Below the pieces are notes generated by a model. That model saw only the letters and a program-made list of their open reading frames with translations. It ran no database searches and was not told the DNA's origin. A program made the position numbers and the translations under genes. 64,000 nucleotides of DNA from the human T2T-CHM13v2.0 reference genome, Homo sapiens: assembly GCF_009914755.1 (NCBI RefSeq), contig NC_060930.1. One strand, written 5' to 3'. Below, piece after piece: positions 40,500 to 59,239 of this stretch. Position 1 is the stretch's first letter. The number at the start of each line of letters is the position of its first letter.

Positions 40500-43455
40500 G
40501 AATGTAAAAGAGGAAGGGAGACAGACCTCTGGCTTGTTAGTACAACAGAATACTTACTTGGGGTTCACTTTATACATTACTTTCCCCCATTTTCCTACCC
40601 ATTTGGGTAGGAATGAGATCTGCCAGGAAGGTGCACGGGGCAGAAGGCTTTGCTGTTGTTTTCCATGTCTTGGTTTCCTTCCTTTACCAGGACCAGAGCA
40701 GGAGGCCTCCTTTCTGCTCTCTGGGGGCCACATACTCCTGCCTCGATGGGCCACAACTGGATGAAGGAGGATACACGTGTGCCTTGCTACACATAATAGC
40801 TAAACAGCCCTAGAAAAACAGGGTCTGTGTACATATCATCATGTCTTCAGGCTACAAGGAAGCCCGCTGTGTGAAAAAGCTCTCCTGAGCTCAAATAAGA
40901 ACTACTTTCTAAATATCACCTTAATATATCTGGTAGGTTTGGATTTGGTATGTCAAGTTGAGTCCTATAATACATAGACTATTTCCTTCTGGAGACCGTA
41001 TTTTTAATTTCAGCGACTTGGAGGAGTTAAACTCGACCTCTGGGCACACTGACAGCCAAGTGGGTCATCAGCAGAGGAGTGACAACGACACTTCCATTCA
41101 TGTAGGGCTTCCGGTCTACAGGAGGGCTTTCATATAAGTGGGCTGAGTGTATGGGAAGTGAACTGATTAGGCATTTGCCCCTTGTTATGGATGAAGCAGC
41201 AAAGGCCGTGAGAGTCCCTGAGGGTCAAGTCGCTCTGAGATCCTAGAGACGGGAGTCCTGCTCTGCCCAGCATCCTCTCCCCTGCACCACAGTACCTGCA
41301 TCCCCTCCTTTTCTGTGCCGTCTTTATTTTACAGTGTGGATCTGGTGGGCTAGGGTTCCTCTCCTGTTGGTCCTGATGATGCACCAAGACCAAGAATATT
41401 TCTTATTTATGGAGGAAATATGGTTAAGTGCTAAGTGTACAGCCCTGACCTTTCCTCTACCCTCTCAGCCTAGTTACACCAGGGAGGTAAATCCCTACCT
41501 GTTTGTCTACCTACTTGTTTATATTAAAAGTTCTTGCAAATTTAAAAGGTTATACACTCAATGATCCAAAGGTGAAGTTGAGAAGACTATAAAAGACCTT
41601 AGGCAATATGAAATTATACAGTCAGCTTTTCACGTGACGGTGGTGTGATCACTAATGGAATCACCGAGTTTCCACAGAATGAAAAGGACCCTTGGGATCC
41701 GGAGCTACAGTTTAAGCTGGTCCCTCTCTGGAGGTGTTGCGTAGTAGGCTTCTCCTATAACGTCTACGGCTGACTTATGACATTTACATTTTTGGTCCTC
41801 AAGGTCACAGTGTCCTTCTAAGCGGAACGATAGTGGAGACTGGGAACTAACTTCTTCATCTCCTCTCTTTGACAGCCTGAACTCAGCTTGGCACTGGCTT
41901 TCTATCCACCTTCTGCCCAGCAGTGAATGGAGTCAACTCTCCCATTAATGGAGCACCCTCTGGGGGAAGGGCACTGTGTTTTCTGCTGAGCGCTAGGACC
42001 TTCACAGTCTCCACAGAGCAACAAACCAGAACTCAGCGAGAAGAGCAATGCCAAAGAGGAGGCCTAGCGTGCAGACACACATGAGCCTAGAGCAGCTGTG
42101 CCCACCCCATGCCTCTACCATTGACTCAATGAGGACAGCTGTCTTTGAGAGTGGTGACGGTAGGGTTCTATAGAAGAAGCAGGTCTGTTAAGCAATCTGC
42201 GAGATGGCCGGCCTCAGACCAATCAAAGTCTACCATTTTGTCTTATCTATCTAGAACCATAACTCAAAAATGAAATTGCCCCAGCTTTTCTCCTCCCACC
42301 ATTAAATTCCATTCAATCATAGCAGGCAAAATGCAGTCACGCTCAAGCAGCCAGATGTTATCATTACAGACTGCTCTTTATAAACCCATGCTGAAACCTG
42401 AGTGGTTGATGAGACCAGCTAAGCAGTTGTACCTTTGACCCAATTGCATTAAACTTGCCCTATCAATTTAAGCTCAGTATAAACACCATTTCCCAGAGCC
42501 CCTCGTGAAGTCAGCAGTGAGAAGAAGCTGACTAAGCCTAAACATTTTTTAACAGCAATCTTGTCTTACAACACCAAGGGGATTTGCTGGGTATCTGGGG
42601 CTTTATAAAACCATATGAACATGCTGAAAGAATTAAAATCCTTTAAAAATGAAAAATTGATGGTGACAGTCCTGTCTGAAGACTAACTGGTCTAATGGCA
42701 ACATGGAATGGGCACTTTTGTATTTTTTTTTCTTTTTTTTTTGGTCTGAGACACTTTTGTATTGTTTTGTAAGTAATATATTTGTATTATTTTTCTTCTT
42801 CTCAAATGTTTGCCTTAAGGTGGCCATTCCAATTTTTTTTAAATGAAAAAAAATGTGCCCCACTTATCAGTAAATTGGACATTTTAAGAGGAATTGAACA
42901 TATTTACTGTCCTGGTTAAGTTTCTTTCTAATGAAGACTGGGACCCTCTCCGTATTCAAACATTTCAGATAATAAGATCACAGTTATCTCCACATCACAT
43001 GCGGCTGACATCCCGGGAGTCTGGCCTATGCACAAGTCCCAGGGTGAATGAAGGGAGTGATCGTACCTGGCTATTGATTTGCTAATATTTCAATAAAACT
43101 TAGATGTTCTATAAAAATGTAAGCATATATTTGTCTTTGTAAATAAATATACCTCAGTGTAAAGGTATTTCAAAAGAGAAGGCTGATCTTAGAGGTGTTT
43201 ACTTTTTTCTTTTTTTGCTTTGTATAAAAAGTTTATTCAGTTACTTTGTGGCTGAGTTTCCAAATAAGTAGGATACTGTTACTTTCTGTTAAAATGCTAA
43301 AATAGGATACTGGAGAACAAATAAATGTTGAAGATTTATAAACTCTTTTAGAAATGACTTCGTAATATATCTTAATAAGATAAAAAGGCCTTTGAATTAT
43401 AAACTGTAGATTATAAAAATTAGGTAGAAAATGTAATATTTTAAGACACACTGGG

Positions 43456-43761
43456 GGCCAGGCGCAATGGCTCATGCCTGTAATCCCAGCACTTCAGGAG
43501 ACCAAGGCAGGCGAATCACCTGAGGTCAGAAGTTTGAGACCAGCTTGGCCAACATGGTGAAACCCCATTTCTACTAAAAATACAAAAATTAGCTGGGTGT
43601 GGTGGTGCACGCCTGTAATCCCAGCTACTTGGGAGGCTGAGGCAGAACTGCTTGACCCTGGGAGTCGGAGTTTGCAGTAAGCTGAGACCGCACTACTGCA
43701 CTCCAGACTGGGCAACAGAGTGAGACTCTGTCTAAACAAACAAACAAACAAACAAAAAAAA
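43456..43761 (+). mobile_element. AluSx-like
   Basis: Full dimer with (AAAC)n tail; both flanks end in cactggg. Confidence 0.95.
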
Positions 43762-44612
43762 CCACTGGGAATAAAAAGGAGCCAAAACATTAAAACAGAA
43801 CACTCTCCATTAAGGGGAAGAAAACAATGCTACGAATTTAGAAATAAACTTTCTTGAAATATGTGTAAAGATGTATAACTAGACAAAGCAACACATCAGG
43901 TAATTCTGGCCAAATCAGAGAAGTACCAAGGTATCAGCTCAGGAGAACAGAGCCAGTGAGTTGCCAAAGAGACTTTTACACTGAACTTGACACACCCTGG
44001 AATTAGTGAAGACTCACAGACCTGAATGGAATATATTTCTAACATATGTCAGTACTGTTTTCACTAGTGAAGAACTCTCTGCAACATTAAAATCTAATAC
44101 CAAGGTCTAAGGAAACTTTGTCAAATGTCTTGCTGCCCTGATTAAAAGAATTATTATAATTTTTCTCTGGAAGGAAGAGACAGAAGACATTGATTTCACA
44201 CAATAATGGAAAAAAGCGCAAAGCAGGGTTGGGCAGGCTGGGACAAGGGTTGGCTATCATAGTCTGGGGTGCTTTTTGGGAATTTCAGCCTTTTTGGGGC
44301 TTAGCCTCCTCAGCCAAGCATGCACTTCAGAGGAGATGGCCTCTGGGGTTCATTCAGGCTCCACTACTCTGAGTCTACACTCTGGAGGCACACATACTCT
44401 CTGGGATACACTTCAGAATCAGTCATCTCTGAGGTTCTTCCCATTTTTAGGATTCAATAAATGTATGAAACGTTTGTTTAGAGAGAAAAACGCACTTTGT
44501 GGATGACACCTTCCTATGTCATGTAAATAGAAACACATATTGCATGTTTTGCCATAAAAATGGGGGTGCTGAAAATGAGATCGTCATGTGCTGAGCACTT
44601 CACCGCAGCTCA

Positions 44613-45011
<399 letters not shown>

Positions 45012-46646
45012 TCACAGGGCTTCCTTGGGAATGCAGGTGGTCGGGAGGGGCTGGGTGGGCTCCATAGGAACATCTTGGTGTCACAAACGAGGGGAGATCT
45101 TGCACACTGTTTTGAAACACATCACGTCTCCTGGAAGCCTCAAGTCAGAGCGCTGCGCACGTGCACCGCACTGCCCCACCCCCTCAACTCCTCCCTGTGG
45201 CACCAGCAGCTCGGGGACTTCTGCCCAGCAGCCTTCCGGGACAAGGGGGTGAGAGGGTGTGAAATGACTGTAATGAGGACCACAGACAAGAAGGGATGCG
45301 CTGGTTACAGGTGTTGCATACGACTTTCAGAAGTAATATTTTTCTTGCCCTGATTTGAAAGAGCTACTTCAAAATCAAGTGTTTCTGGGTTTTTTTTGGT
45401 TTTTTTTTTTTTTCACCTGCACTAAAAATGAGGACAGCATTAGACAAATCTTTTCCACTTAATGTAACACATGCTGGAATGTGGAATTTTGTGTTTTTGA
45501 GGACTCATGAACGGTAACTAATGCTGAGTTTTTCTTAATTAATGAGCAGCTCAGATATGTAAAAGAAATTGGCTTATCTACACCGGGATAAGACAGAGAA
45601 GAAAACACTGATATGAAAAGCTAGAATATTTTCTAAGTGGCTCTGTAATTAAAAAGAACATTTAAAATGAGGAAAAGTTAATAGACTTCCATGCTCTAAA
45701 TATATTCTTCCTAAGGTAATAGTTCAGTAGTGCTAGAGAGAAAGATAACCATCTCCTCGTGCCTTTTGTCTTCAGCCATACTTTTAGTTTTCATTCTGCA
45801 TTCCATAGTTCCAAACGTTGAAGTCATCTGCAGGTCAAACCATGGCCTCGGGTAAGTACCTAGTACGTTTTTAAAAAATGCATCTTCATTCTGAAAACAT
45901 GAAAACTCTTGCTCTGAGGCTGGATTCAATGAACCACACCTCTTACAAGTTGTTCATAGTTCCCTGCTCGCCCGGACTTTTGCTCAGAGTTTTGCTGTCA
46001 CCTCATGGCTGCAGGGCTTTTTGAAATTCTAGACAATGAAGCTCATTTCCATGTTGCTCCCCTTGCAGCGACTGTGGGGGCCTTCAGAAGGCTTGAGCCT
46101 ACAGACTCAGGCAAAGATCTGATGGCAGCTCCCCTGCAAACCACAGTAACCCACGAAGGCCACAGAACAATGTAACTGCTCCAAGTGTCAATCAGCGGCA
46201 CTGAGCTTAGCTTTCTCGGCAACCTGTGACCTACAAAGACGCCTGCCCTTCAGAGTCTGGTGGCGGCTTATCACTCTCAATTAGGAGTTTACAGACACAT
46301 TCATGTTGGTGCATGTGTTCAGGAGGCTGCTTCTCACTCGACGCCCTGTTTAGAGGAAGCAGCGACTGAAGACTGCTCCCCTGCTGGGGTGCTCTCTGGG
46401 AAGCCCCACAATCTTCAGCAGGTTGAATGCCTTGCTTTTGGGATCAAGCCAAAAACAACACCCACCCCCACGCACCCCACCACAAAAGGCTACTCTACTA
46501 AAGGGCATTATTATTTTCTGGGTTTACAGTCACAATGTATATAAATGTAAACCACCAAGCAAATACGTAGAAACACGGAATCAACGATATCATTCTGAGA
46601 ATTTGAGAGGAAAGCATTTTGTCCATCCCTAAGTATGTATAAGATA

Positions 46647-47058
<412 letters not shown>

Positions 47059-49380
47059 TAAATTTCAAAATGACAAAACTGCAGATCCAGCACCACCCAC
47101 ACTGTCTTATTATATTTCTACAAAAGAGTGTTTTTTCCTGGATTAGACAATGCCCAGTAATCACCAAGACAACTACATTTGGGTCTGGCTTCAGAGACGA
47201 CGACTGTGGAGCATTTGAGACGTCTGACAAACTTGAGGCCATTGCTGCGCCATGTTTTCCCAAATGATAAAGGCAGCACAAGTGTCCAAGCCGTGATGCG
47301 TGAATGAGAGTCAGGATAGACATGGAGTGGAAGAACAGGGAAGGTCATAGAGAAAAGTGGGTAGCTATGATAGAAGGCTGTCCACAAGCCGCTGATTAGG
47401 GCCTCTCTGTGTGTCTGCAGGCATGTGTAAACAGAGATCAAGTGTTTTTTGCAGTTCCTGCAGGAGAGTGATGATTCTTCCAACAAAAGTCTCTGAAATT
47501 TCCCGCTCTATGTCTAACATTCTCTGCCACTATTTATGTCTTTCAGATTAGTGTAGAAAGGAGCATTTCACAATGCCTGGTTTCCTTAATAAGCAAAATC
47601 TGATGCTGGGAGATAATTCTAAGATTGGTTAAGAGGATTCCAAGAAATGGCAGACTGCAGAGGGTTCACCCGGGAGTACAGAGAGAAAACCTGTTTCATC
47701 ACCACCAGACTGGGTACCTTTCCAGAAAGTGAAAACCCTCCTGTTCAAATAGGTTTGCCAGAGAATCTAAGCACCTCACCAGGCAATGGAACAGTGGTGA
47801 TGCAAAATTCTGGGGTTAACTGTGCTCTGTCTGACGCTGCATTCTTCTGACCCTTTCTTAGGAAACTGCCCTGAGATGCTAGTCAGATGCTGGAGATGTC
47901 ACAGGGCTGGAATAAAGGCATTCCCTGGTGTCCTTTCTGGATGTGACAAAAGAAACATCTAATTGCTGGCTGTGCACTCCCACCACTCCCAGCCGGGCAT
48001 TTCAGCGAGGATTGGGAATTGCGAAGTCTATACTGTATTTTCAAACAGCATGAAACAAACATTGATCAGCCAACAGCAGCTGGCAGCGGATCCAGCAGGC
48101 CCACCAGTGGCTTGAACTTCAGTGAAAAGAGATGAGGTTTAAGATCTCAGAGAGGTCTCTCCAGTTTCAGACAGTCACCAATGCCAGCTCTGTTTTCTAG
48201 TATCTCAGGCTGTCCAGCCTGCTCATCCTCAGCTGACCGATGCCTGCACAACACTGTGGCTGCTTGGTTCAACAAATTGCAGGGCCAAGTGATCAGGGGA
48301 CCACATCCATTCCCCTCCATCCCACTACTTTTTTGGCATGAGGAGACTCAGTTTTTTTCAACTTCGTGACTTCTCCTCAGTTAGGTTACCAAAGGGCTTT
48401 TTTTTTTTTTAAATAGACTTAGTATTTTTAGAGCAGTTTTAGCTTTATAGAAAAACTACACAGAAAGTACAGAGAGTTCTCACAGGACCTTTCCTCCACC
48501 CCACTCTTGCACAATTTCCCCTATTAACAATATATCTCAGAGTGTTATATTTGTTATAACTGATGAACTGATATTATTATTACCTAAAATCCATAGATTT
48601 TTACATTAGGGTTCACTCCATGGCATGAGTCTACAGATTTTGACAAACGTATAATGTCATGTATCCACCATTACTATATCATATAGAATAGTTCTGCTGC
48701 CACAAAAGCCCCCTGTGCTCTTCCTCTATCCCTCCCCTGGACCCTGGGCAAACACTGATCTTTTAACTCTCTCCATAGTTTCGCCTTTCCCAGAATGTCA
48801 TATAGCTGGAATCATACAGTACTCAGCTTTTTCAGACTGGCTTCTTTCATTTAGCGACATACATTTAAGGTTCCTCCATGGCCTTTCATGGCTTGATAGC
48901 TCATTTCCTTTTATCACTGAAGAGCATTCCATTGGATGAACGTACCAGAAGTTGATCCATTAGAAGGATGTCTTGCTTGCTTCCAGTTTAGGTTGATTAT
49001 TAATAATGCTGCTATAAACATCTATGCGCAGGTTTTTCTGAGGACATGTTTTCAACTTAATTGGGTAAATACATAGCCGCAAGGTTGCTGATTGCGTAGT
49101 GAAACCATCGTGCTATTTATGAAATTGCAAACATTCGTGCAAAGTGTCTAAACCTTTTGCATTCCCACTAGCAATGAACAAGAGTTCCTGCTGCTCCTCC
49201 TCCTAGTCAGCATTTGATGTTAGTATTCTAATGTTTTGCCATTCTAATAGGATTGTAGTGGTATCTCATGGTTGTTTTAGTTTAAATTCCCTAGTGACGT
49301 ATGACGCTGAGCATATTTTCATATGCTTACTTGCCATCTGTATATCTTCTTTGGTGAGGTGTCTATTAGCTCATTTTTAA

Positions 49381-49879
<499 letters not shown>

Positions 49880-49909
49880 CTTCAAATAGATCTTACACAT
49901 AATTTTTAG

Positions 49910-50236
<327 letters not shown>

Positions 50237-50600
50237 TACATTGTTTTAAATTTAAAATTGCACTCGTTCGTTGTTAGAATATGGAAAACCAATTGACTGT
50301 TGTATATTAAACTTGTATCGTGCAACCTTGCTATAAATTAGTTCCAGGATTTTTTTTTTTTTTTGGTTGTTTCTTCGGGATTTTCTATATAGACCATTAT
50401 GTCACTTGTGAAAGACAAAGACAGTGTTATTTCTTCCTTCCCAAATCTGCAAGCCTTTTATTCCTTTTCTTACATTATTGTATTAGAAAGGGCTTCCAGT
50501 GCAACACTGAATCATGGTGGTGGAAGAAGGGACATCCTTACCTTGTTCCTGATCTTGGGGGAAAGCATCTAGTTTCTCACCATCAAGTATAATGTTAGCT

Positions 50601-52992
<2,392 letters not shown>

Positions 52993-53008
52993 CATTTGAA
53001 TAAAAAAA

Positions 53009-53591
53009 TTCCTTTGTTAGCCTTCTCATATCGATGGGATTAATAGTGATGGAACTTCTTTAACTTTTTATATTTGTAATTTCCTGTTTTCATTTTTATT
53101 AATTGCTGCTCTGGTTTTTATTAGCTTGAGAGATCAAAAACTCTTGGTGGCCAGCCTTAGGAGGGACCCCACAACTTGCGTGAGTTTTACCCCTTAGTAG
53201 GTTCTCAAGGCGAAGATCAGGAAAAAATCCCCTGTGCTTCTGGCAGGAGGAGGAGAAAAGTAACCATTTTGAAATATACCCAGAGGACTCTGTTCTCCCT
53301 AACAAAGGTCTCCCCTCAAGCTAGTCCACACCGCGTCTGTAGCCCTTAGTCAATCACCCTCCCAATGTTCCCACCCAATGCTGGCTCCAGTGGCAGCTGC
53401 TGCTCCTGGCAAGCTCTGATTCTTTGTATCCATCGATCTCTCAGATTTGAGCAGCCTGGTTCCCTGGTGACCTTGATTCACTAAAGGAACCAGGAAGAGC
53501 TGCTGATTTTCAGTGTGTTTGGCTTTCTTCTTGTTGTGGGGGCTGAGTGACAACTTCCTTGCTCCTTACAAGTTGGGCTGGAATCAGAAGT
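53009..53591 (-). mobile_element. Continuation and 5' end of the old L1MC (fragmented)
   Basis: The reverse complement of 53009-53081 aligns to the [10 protein letters not shown] region of ORF2. 53330-53591 resembles an antisense L1MC/MD 5' end ('ttttcagtgtgtttggctttcttcttgttgtg...tcagaagt'), recalled from consensus. Confidence 0.5.
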
Positions 53592-56054
53592 GAGTTCAAT
53601 GGACTTTTATTTTTTTTTTTCTCCTCAACTAAATGCAACTCAGATCAACATGGAAAGGTAACACGTAAAGCAGGGACAGTGGCAAAAACCAGACAGGATG
53701 CCGGGAAGAATATTTTAACTTAAGATTCAGTCAGAGATAAAAGATTAAAATAAACTTTGTAATTATCTTTCCACATGACACATTTATAAATTCCTGTAAT
53801 TTCCTGTGCCAAAATATATTTTCAGGCATCTCTTTTGATCATTTAAACTTATTTTTAAAAGCTTTACATATTTCCTTTTACACAAGTAATGGAACACAGA
53901 CCAGTCAGCTGTATTGCTAAACATTACAAGGATATTATTACTTGTTTTAAACAAGTACCTGCCATAGCACATTCTGATATCTGGAATATGATTCTGACAG
54001 CAAAGCAAACTGACTAAATGAGTCCCATTTACTGAAACGACACTAGACAAAACTGCTTCTCAGATTTATGTAGCTCCAAACATGTGCATGCGTACAGAGT
54101 CCTCTCTCTCCGCACACACACAGTTGTTACGCACACAATGGAAGACATCACTGTGCTTGTGAAACCTGTGTTGAGAGCAGACAGATGGCGGTTATCAAAT
54201 ACTTTGGCACTCATACACAGGAGACAGTTACATCTCAGAGGAGTGTAACTTGTGTGAAGGCTAACGCTGGCACTGGATCCAAACCTGTGCAAATAGCCCT
54301 GTGACACCCTCTTCTACTGAAATATATGAATTGTTTTAGGCCATCGGGGTGGGCTGGGAAAGAGTTTTAAAATATAAATAGAGACCAGGACAATGACTAT
54401 ATTTATTTAGAGGTGACAACATCCTTAAATAATTTAGGTCAGCTGATGCAAGCGCTGAGAAGCTGAACAACTGGCATGGTGCTCTATCTTCACTGCCAGG
54501 CCAGGCAAGGGGGCCCCAGCTAATGCTGCTCCGTGCTGATCTGCTCTCTGCTCCTCATACCTGTTGGTATCGACCTTGTAAGAAGGTTCAGATCCATGAG
54601 TGGCCCGTGATGACTGAACACTAAATGGATGTTGGGAGAAGCTCATCTCTCTGTGGATGCTCTCTACTCACGCAGGCCACCTCGAAGGAGAAGTCTGATT
54701 ACTGCAAGTTGTTACAGTTCAGTGTATACGATATTTTGATAATACACAGAGAGTGTTTCATTGCAGTCAAATAATATCTTGAGCTCTCACAACAGCAAAC
54801 TTCAGGAACTTCAAAGGAATTCCAGTCCAACTGGAACCGTCATTACAAAACAAATCTTAGCTTTATTGTTAGCCAGACCACAAAGGGGCAGAGACTGTGC
54901 CAAAGTAAATGCTCTTGAGATCTCTATATATTACCTTTGAACAATTAATTGGTCTCCTGGAGACAAGGAAAAAAAAGGAAAGAAAACAAAATAAAAGATT
55001 GACAATGAAATATATTGTTCTTGGATGTCACAGCCTGGATAAGCCATAGCCACATTGAACAAATACCTGCCAAATTGATCATTAATTTCAACTAGTCTGT
55101 AATTTCACACATTAGGCTAAGTCTTGTACACTGAAATTACGCGCACTTTGTAGATGATATTTTCAGCTGGTCACAAAGAGGAAATTCTACTGCCTAAGAA
55201 AATAGGCATCCAGATATTCAAAGACCGGGCCTCAGAGGTGAACTTCACTTATATGAGGCATTTCTCTGTGCTACCATGAATTCTTGATGTGCGCCCTTCA
55301 TCCACCTGCTTCCTCGTGGCACCTTCCAAACCATCCAGACATGACTCTAAGTCATCAGGTTAATGAACAGGACAGGCAGAGAGCTGAGTGGCAGTAAATA
55401 AACAGGGCCTGACCCCTATCAGAATTTAAATGTTTTGGGATCCTGACCCCAACTATCAGCATTTGCCAACATTGCTAGTTCTCCTCTTATACCTCTGCCT
55501 TCCAAAGTACCACACCAATGAGGGTGCAGGCCAGGTGTTAGTTCTGATCCGGCACCGTGACCTGACTTCTCACACGGAAAGCAGCGTGGACCTTCTGGCC
55601 TCCCTCCCTTGGGCGCCCGGCCAGGACACGCAAGGTCATACTGCTGAGGCCCTTTGAGATCCTCGAGTTAAAGGGGCCCATAAAGGCAAAGTGTCATGAA
55701 CGGCGTATGTTCCAGGTGCATCACTTGAGCCGCCAGAGCCACATAATGGTTTGCCTGGTAAGTGCCTTTGCCCAGCATGTGCCCATTGAACAAACCACAA
55801 AAAGATGACTGCAAAGGGGTCTTCTTATAATAGGGCCTGGTGCCTGGTGGATGCCCAGAGCCCTTGCCATTTCTGAAATGGACATAAGTGACCTAAAAGG
55901 CAGCTTTTCATGACAGGTTACCCTGGATGATGTTTCCTAAAGAAAAGTCACATCAGTGGGTGAGACAGAATGTAACAACTAGTCTGTTCTCTCTCACCGT
56001 TCACATTTACTGTTGCCTCCTCGGCAGGGAGGATAAAAAGAAAGAAGTAACACA

Positions 56055-56192
56055 AATATACTCTCACATACATCGAATATACATACACATGCTCACACAT
56101 ACACACACAAGTGCACAACACACTCATACACATACGTACACCTACAAATACACACACTTACAGATACACACACCTATATACACACACACACA
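56055..56192 (+). repeat. Degenerate CA/TA-rich low-complexity repeat
   Basis: Interrupted acacac/atacac runs. Confidence 0.85.
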
Positions 56193-56767
56193 CCTCCCCC
56201 ACCGAGAGGCGATGAGCACAGGGCATGTGCCAATGCAGAAGAGGACTGTGTCTACACACCTGCCTCCTCACAGTGTCCTGCCACCCTGCCGCCAAGACAC
56301 GCTGGTACTTGTTGGGCTGTGATAAAAGCTTCTGCTTGGCTGCCATGGGTGACATCTTACTACAGATTCTGTTACATGGTGGGATATGTCACTGCATTTT
56401 CAATCTGCTGTGTTCTAGCATCTACAGTCCCAAAATGGCTCAAGAAGAAAGTGGTCCTACAGAGGTCAGAATCTGAGGTTGTAAGAAATTATGAAAGCTC
56501 TGCCATTCAGGACAAGATGGAAATCAGTGTGGCTCCAGGTGAGGAGGACCAGGCGGTAGACCCAGGCGCACAGTGGGAACAGTCTACGACTGCCAGGGAA
56601 GGCCTCCGGTGGAGAGTGGCATCCGCCAGCTCCCTGGCAGCCCCAGGCAGAGAGGCCAGGGGATCTCACCAGCAACCCCCACCATAAAGTGCTGGAAGGT
56701 GCTAAAGAGAATGCCGTGAATCTGATTTTCAAAACACCACTCAGTGTGTCTGTGCAGAAATGCACTA

Positions 56768-57024
56768 AGGCTGGAGTGCAGTGGCACGATCACAGCTCAC
56801 TGCAGTTTTGACCTCCCTGCACGCTGGTGATCCTCCCATTTCAGCCTCCTGAGTAGATGGGACTATAGGCACGCACCACAGTGTGCGGCTAATTTTTGTA
56901 TTTCTTATAGAGACAAGGTCTTGCTATGTTGCCCAGGCTGGTCTCAATTCTTGGGCTCAAGTGATTCATCTGCCTTCGCCTCCCAAAGTGTTGGGATTAC
57001 AGGCGTGAACCACTGTGCCTGGCT
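56768..57024 (-). mobile_element. AluJ lacking its 3' end and poly-A
   Basis: Begins at 'aggctggagtgcagtgg' with no poly-T; J-type 'ggtcttgctatgttgcccagg'. Confidence 0.9.
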
Positions 57025-57531
57025 TTTTTTTTTTCTTAATATGGAAAGATATGAGATTTAGATTTAGAAGACCTGGCTCCACGGTATGGCCCCTTCACTT
57101 ACAAGTCTCCTGGCCTTCAGTATTGCGTATGTCTAGGTTTATGAAATGCCTTTTCCTCCCAAAACTTTGATGTTTGTTAAATACCTATGTTTTACCTTCC
57201 CAAGTAATGCAATTATGAGTAATTTCATGATATGTCTTTATTTTATTCTATAATTTATTTTATGACAAATACAAAGGAAGGAGTAAAAGGAATCTATGTC
57301 CCAAAAGATAGGTACACTTCATAACACCTTCAGACAGAAAGAGGCAGCAGTGTCTGAGCCCAAACGAGCTCCTCTGCCAACCCCCGCCTCCTCAGGCCTC
57401 CACTGCTACCAAGCTCAGCCTCACTGCTGGCATTTCTGGTCAGCCCACATGAAAGAGATTGAGGCTTGTGCCCTCTGGCCATGCTGGTGCCATTGCCACT
57501 GGGAGGACCGGGGACTCTGTGTGCCCACTAG

Positions 57532-57899
<368 letters not shown>

Positions 57900-58152
57900 T
57901 CATTTTTTTAGAAAGGGAAATCTGGATATTTGGGTGAAATTTACTGACATTTTAATTCAATTAAAGAAAGCACTTCTATTGGCCTAGTTGGTCCTAGAAG
58001 CCCCCAATATAAGACCCGTGGCTGGGTCATGGAGACGGGGTAAAACCACGCACGTGGGTGAGCACGTGGGAGTCTCACTATGCCGACGTCGACATCCTGT
58101 CTCTTTGGGACTGGCTCCTACAGCACACATTTTACTCCAGGGATGGCTCTAG

Positions 58153-58453
<301 letters not shown>

Positions 58454-58928
58454 TGGATGGCTCTAGTTTTAAAGGTCTTAGGATATCTGCCTCAAGCCCT
58501 GTCATAATGGAGAAATTATTTTAACCCAAGAAACTCTGGTGGGAAACATGTGAGAGGGCCAGGAATCCCGGGTCTGATGCACCATCTTCTCCCACCTTTA
58601 GCAAATAGGATGTGACCACTGCCCTCATGGCTTTCAAGGATGAGGATCGGTTATTACATAGAAATGACACGATACACGCATTTGGGGGAAAAACCTTTAG
58701 ACATGAGAGGTGCTTTTGTCTCACTTGTGTTTTTCCTAAACTTGATTTTTAGTTAGTTTAGAAAGTTCCCTTGGACACGTTCAACTTTTCATAACTCGTG
58801 AGATGAAGTAGTAGGCTCTTGGCTTCTGACATTCAGGTAATCACACTGCACCTGTCCTAATGTCCTCTAGGTTATGAACAGAAGTTTTTCTAAGTTGAGG
58901 CATAACACATTTTATACTGTAATAGAAA

Positions 58929-59128
58929 GAGGGTGGGTTTTGCGATCGGTAGGCCTGGATCCGCCCTCTATCAGCTATGAGGGTGGGGTTTGCCATCGGT
59001 AGGCCTGGATCCGCCCTCTATCAGCTATGAGGGTGGGTTTTGCCATCGGGAGGCCTGGATCCGCCCTCTATCAGCTATGAGGGTGGGTTTTGCCATCAGT
59101 AGACCTGGATCCGCCCTCTATCAGCTAT
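58929..59128 (+). repeat. Minisatellite, 50 bp x4
   Basis: Unit gagggtgggttttgccatcggtaggcctggatccgccctctatcagctat starting at 58929, 58979, 59029 and 59079; 1-2 differences per unit. Confidence 0.97.
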
Positions 59129-59239
59129 TTTTTTTGTATTTTACACCACTCACTCTCTTCAGGCCTCAGCTTCCTCCTTGGTGAAGTGGGAGTCACAGAA
59201 GTAGTGACTTCACCGTGCTGTGTGAGCATCCGCTGAAGT

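Noticed and set aside
58929-59128. CRISPR-like array
   Set aside because: Contiguous 50-bp units with no unique spacers and no cas genes, in a primate genome; it is a minisatellite.
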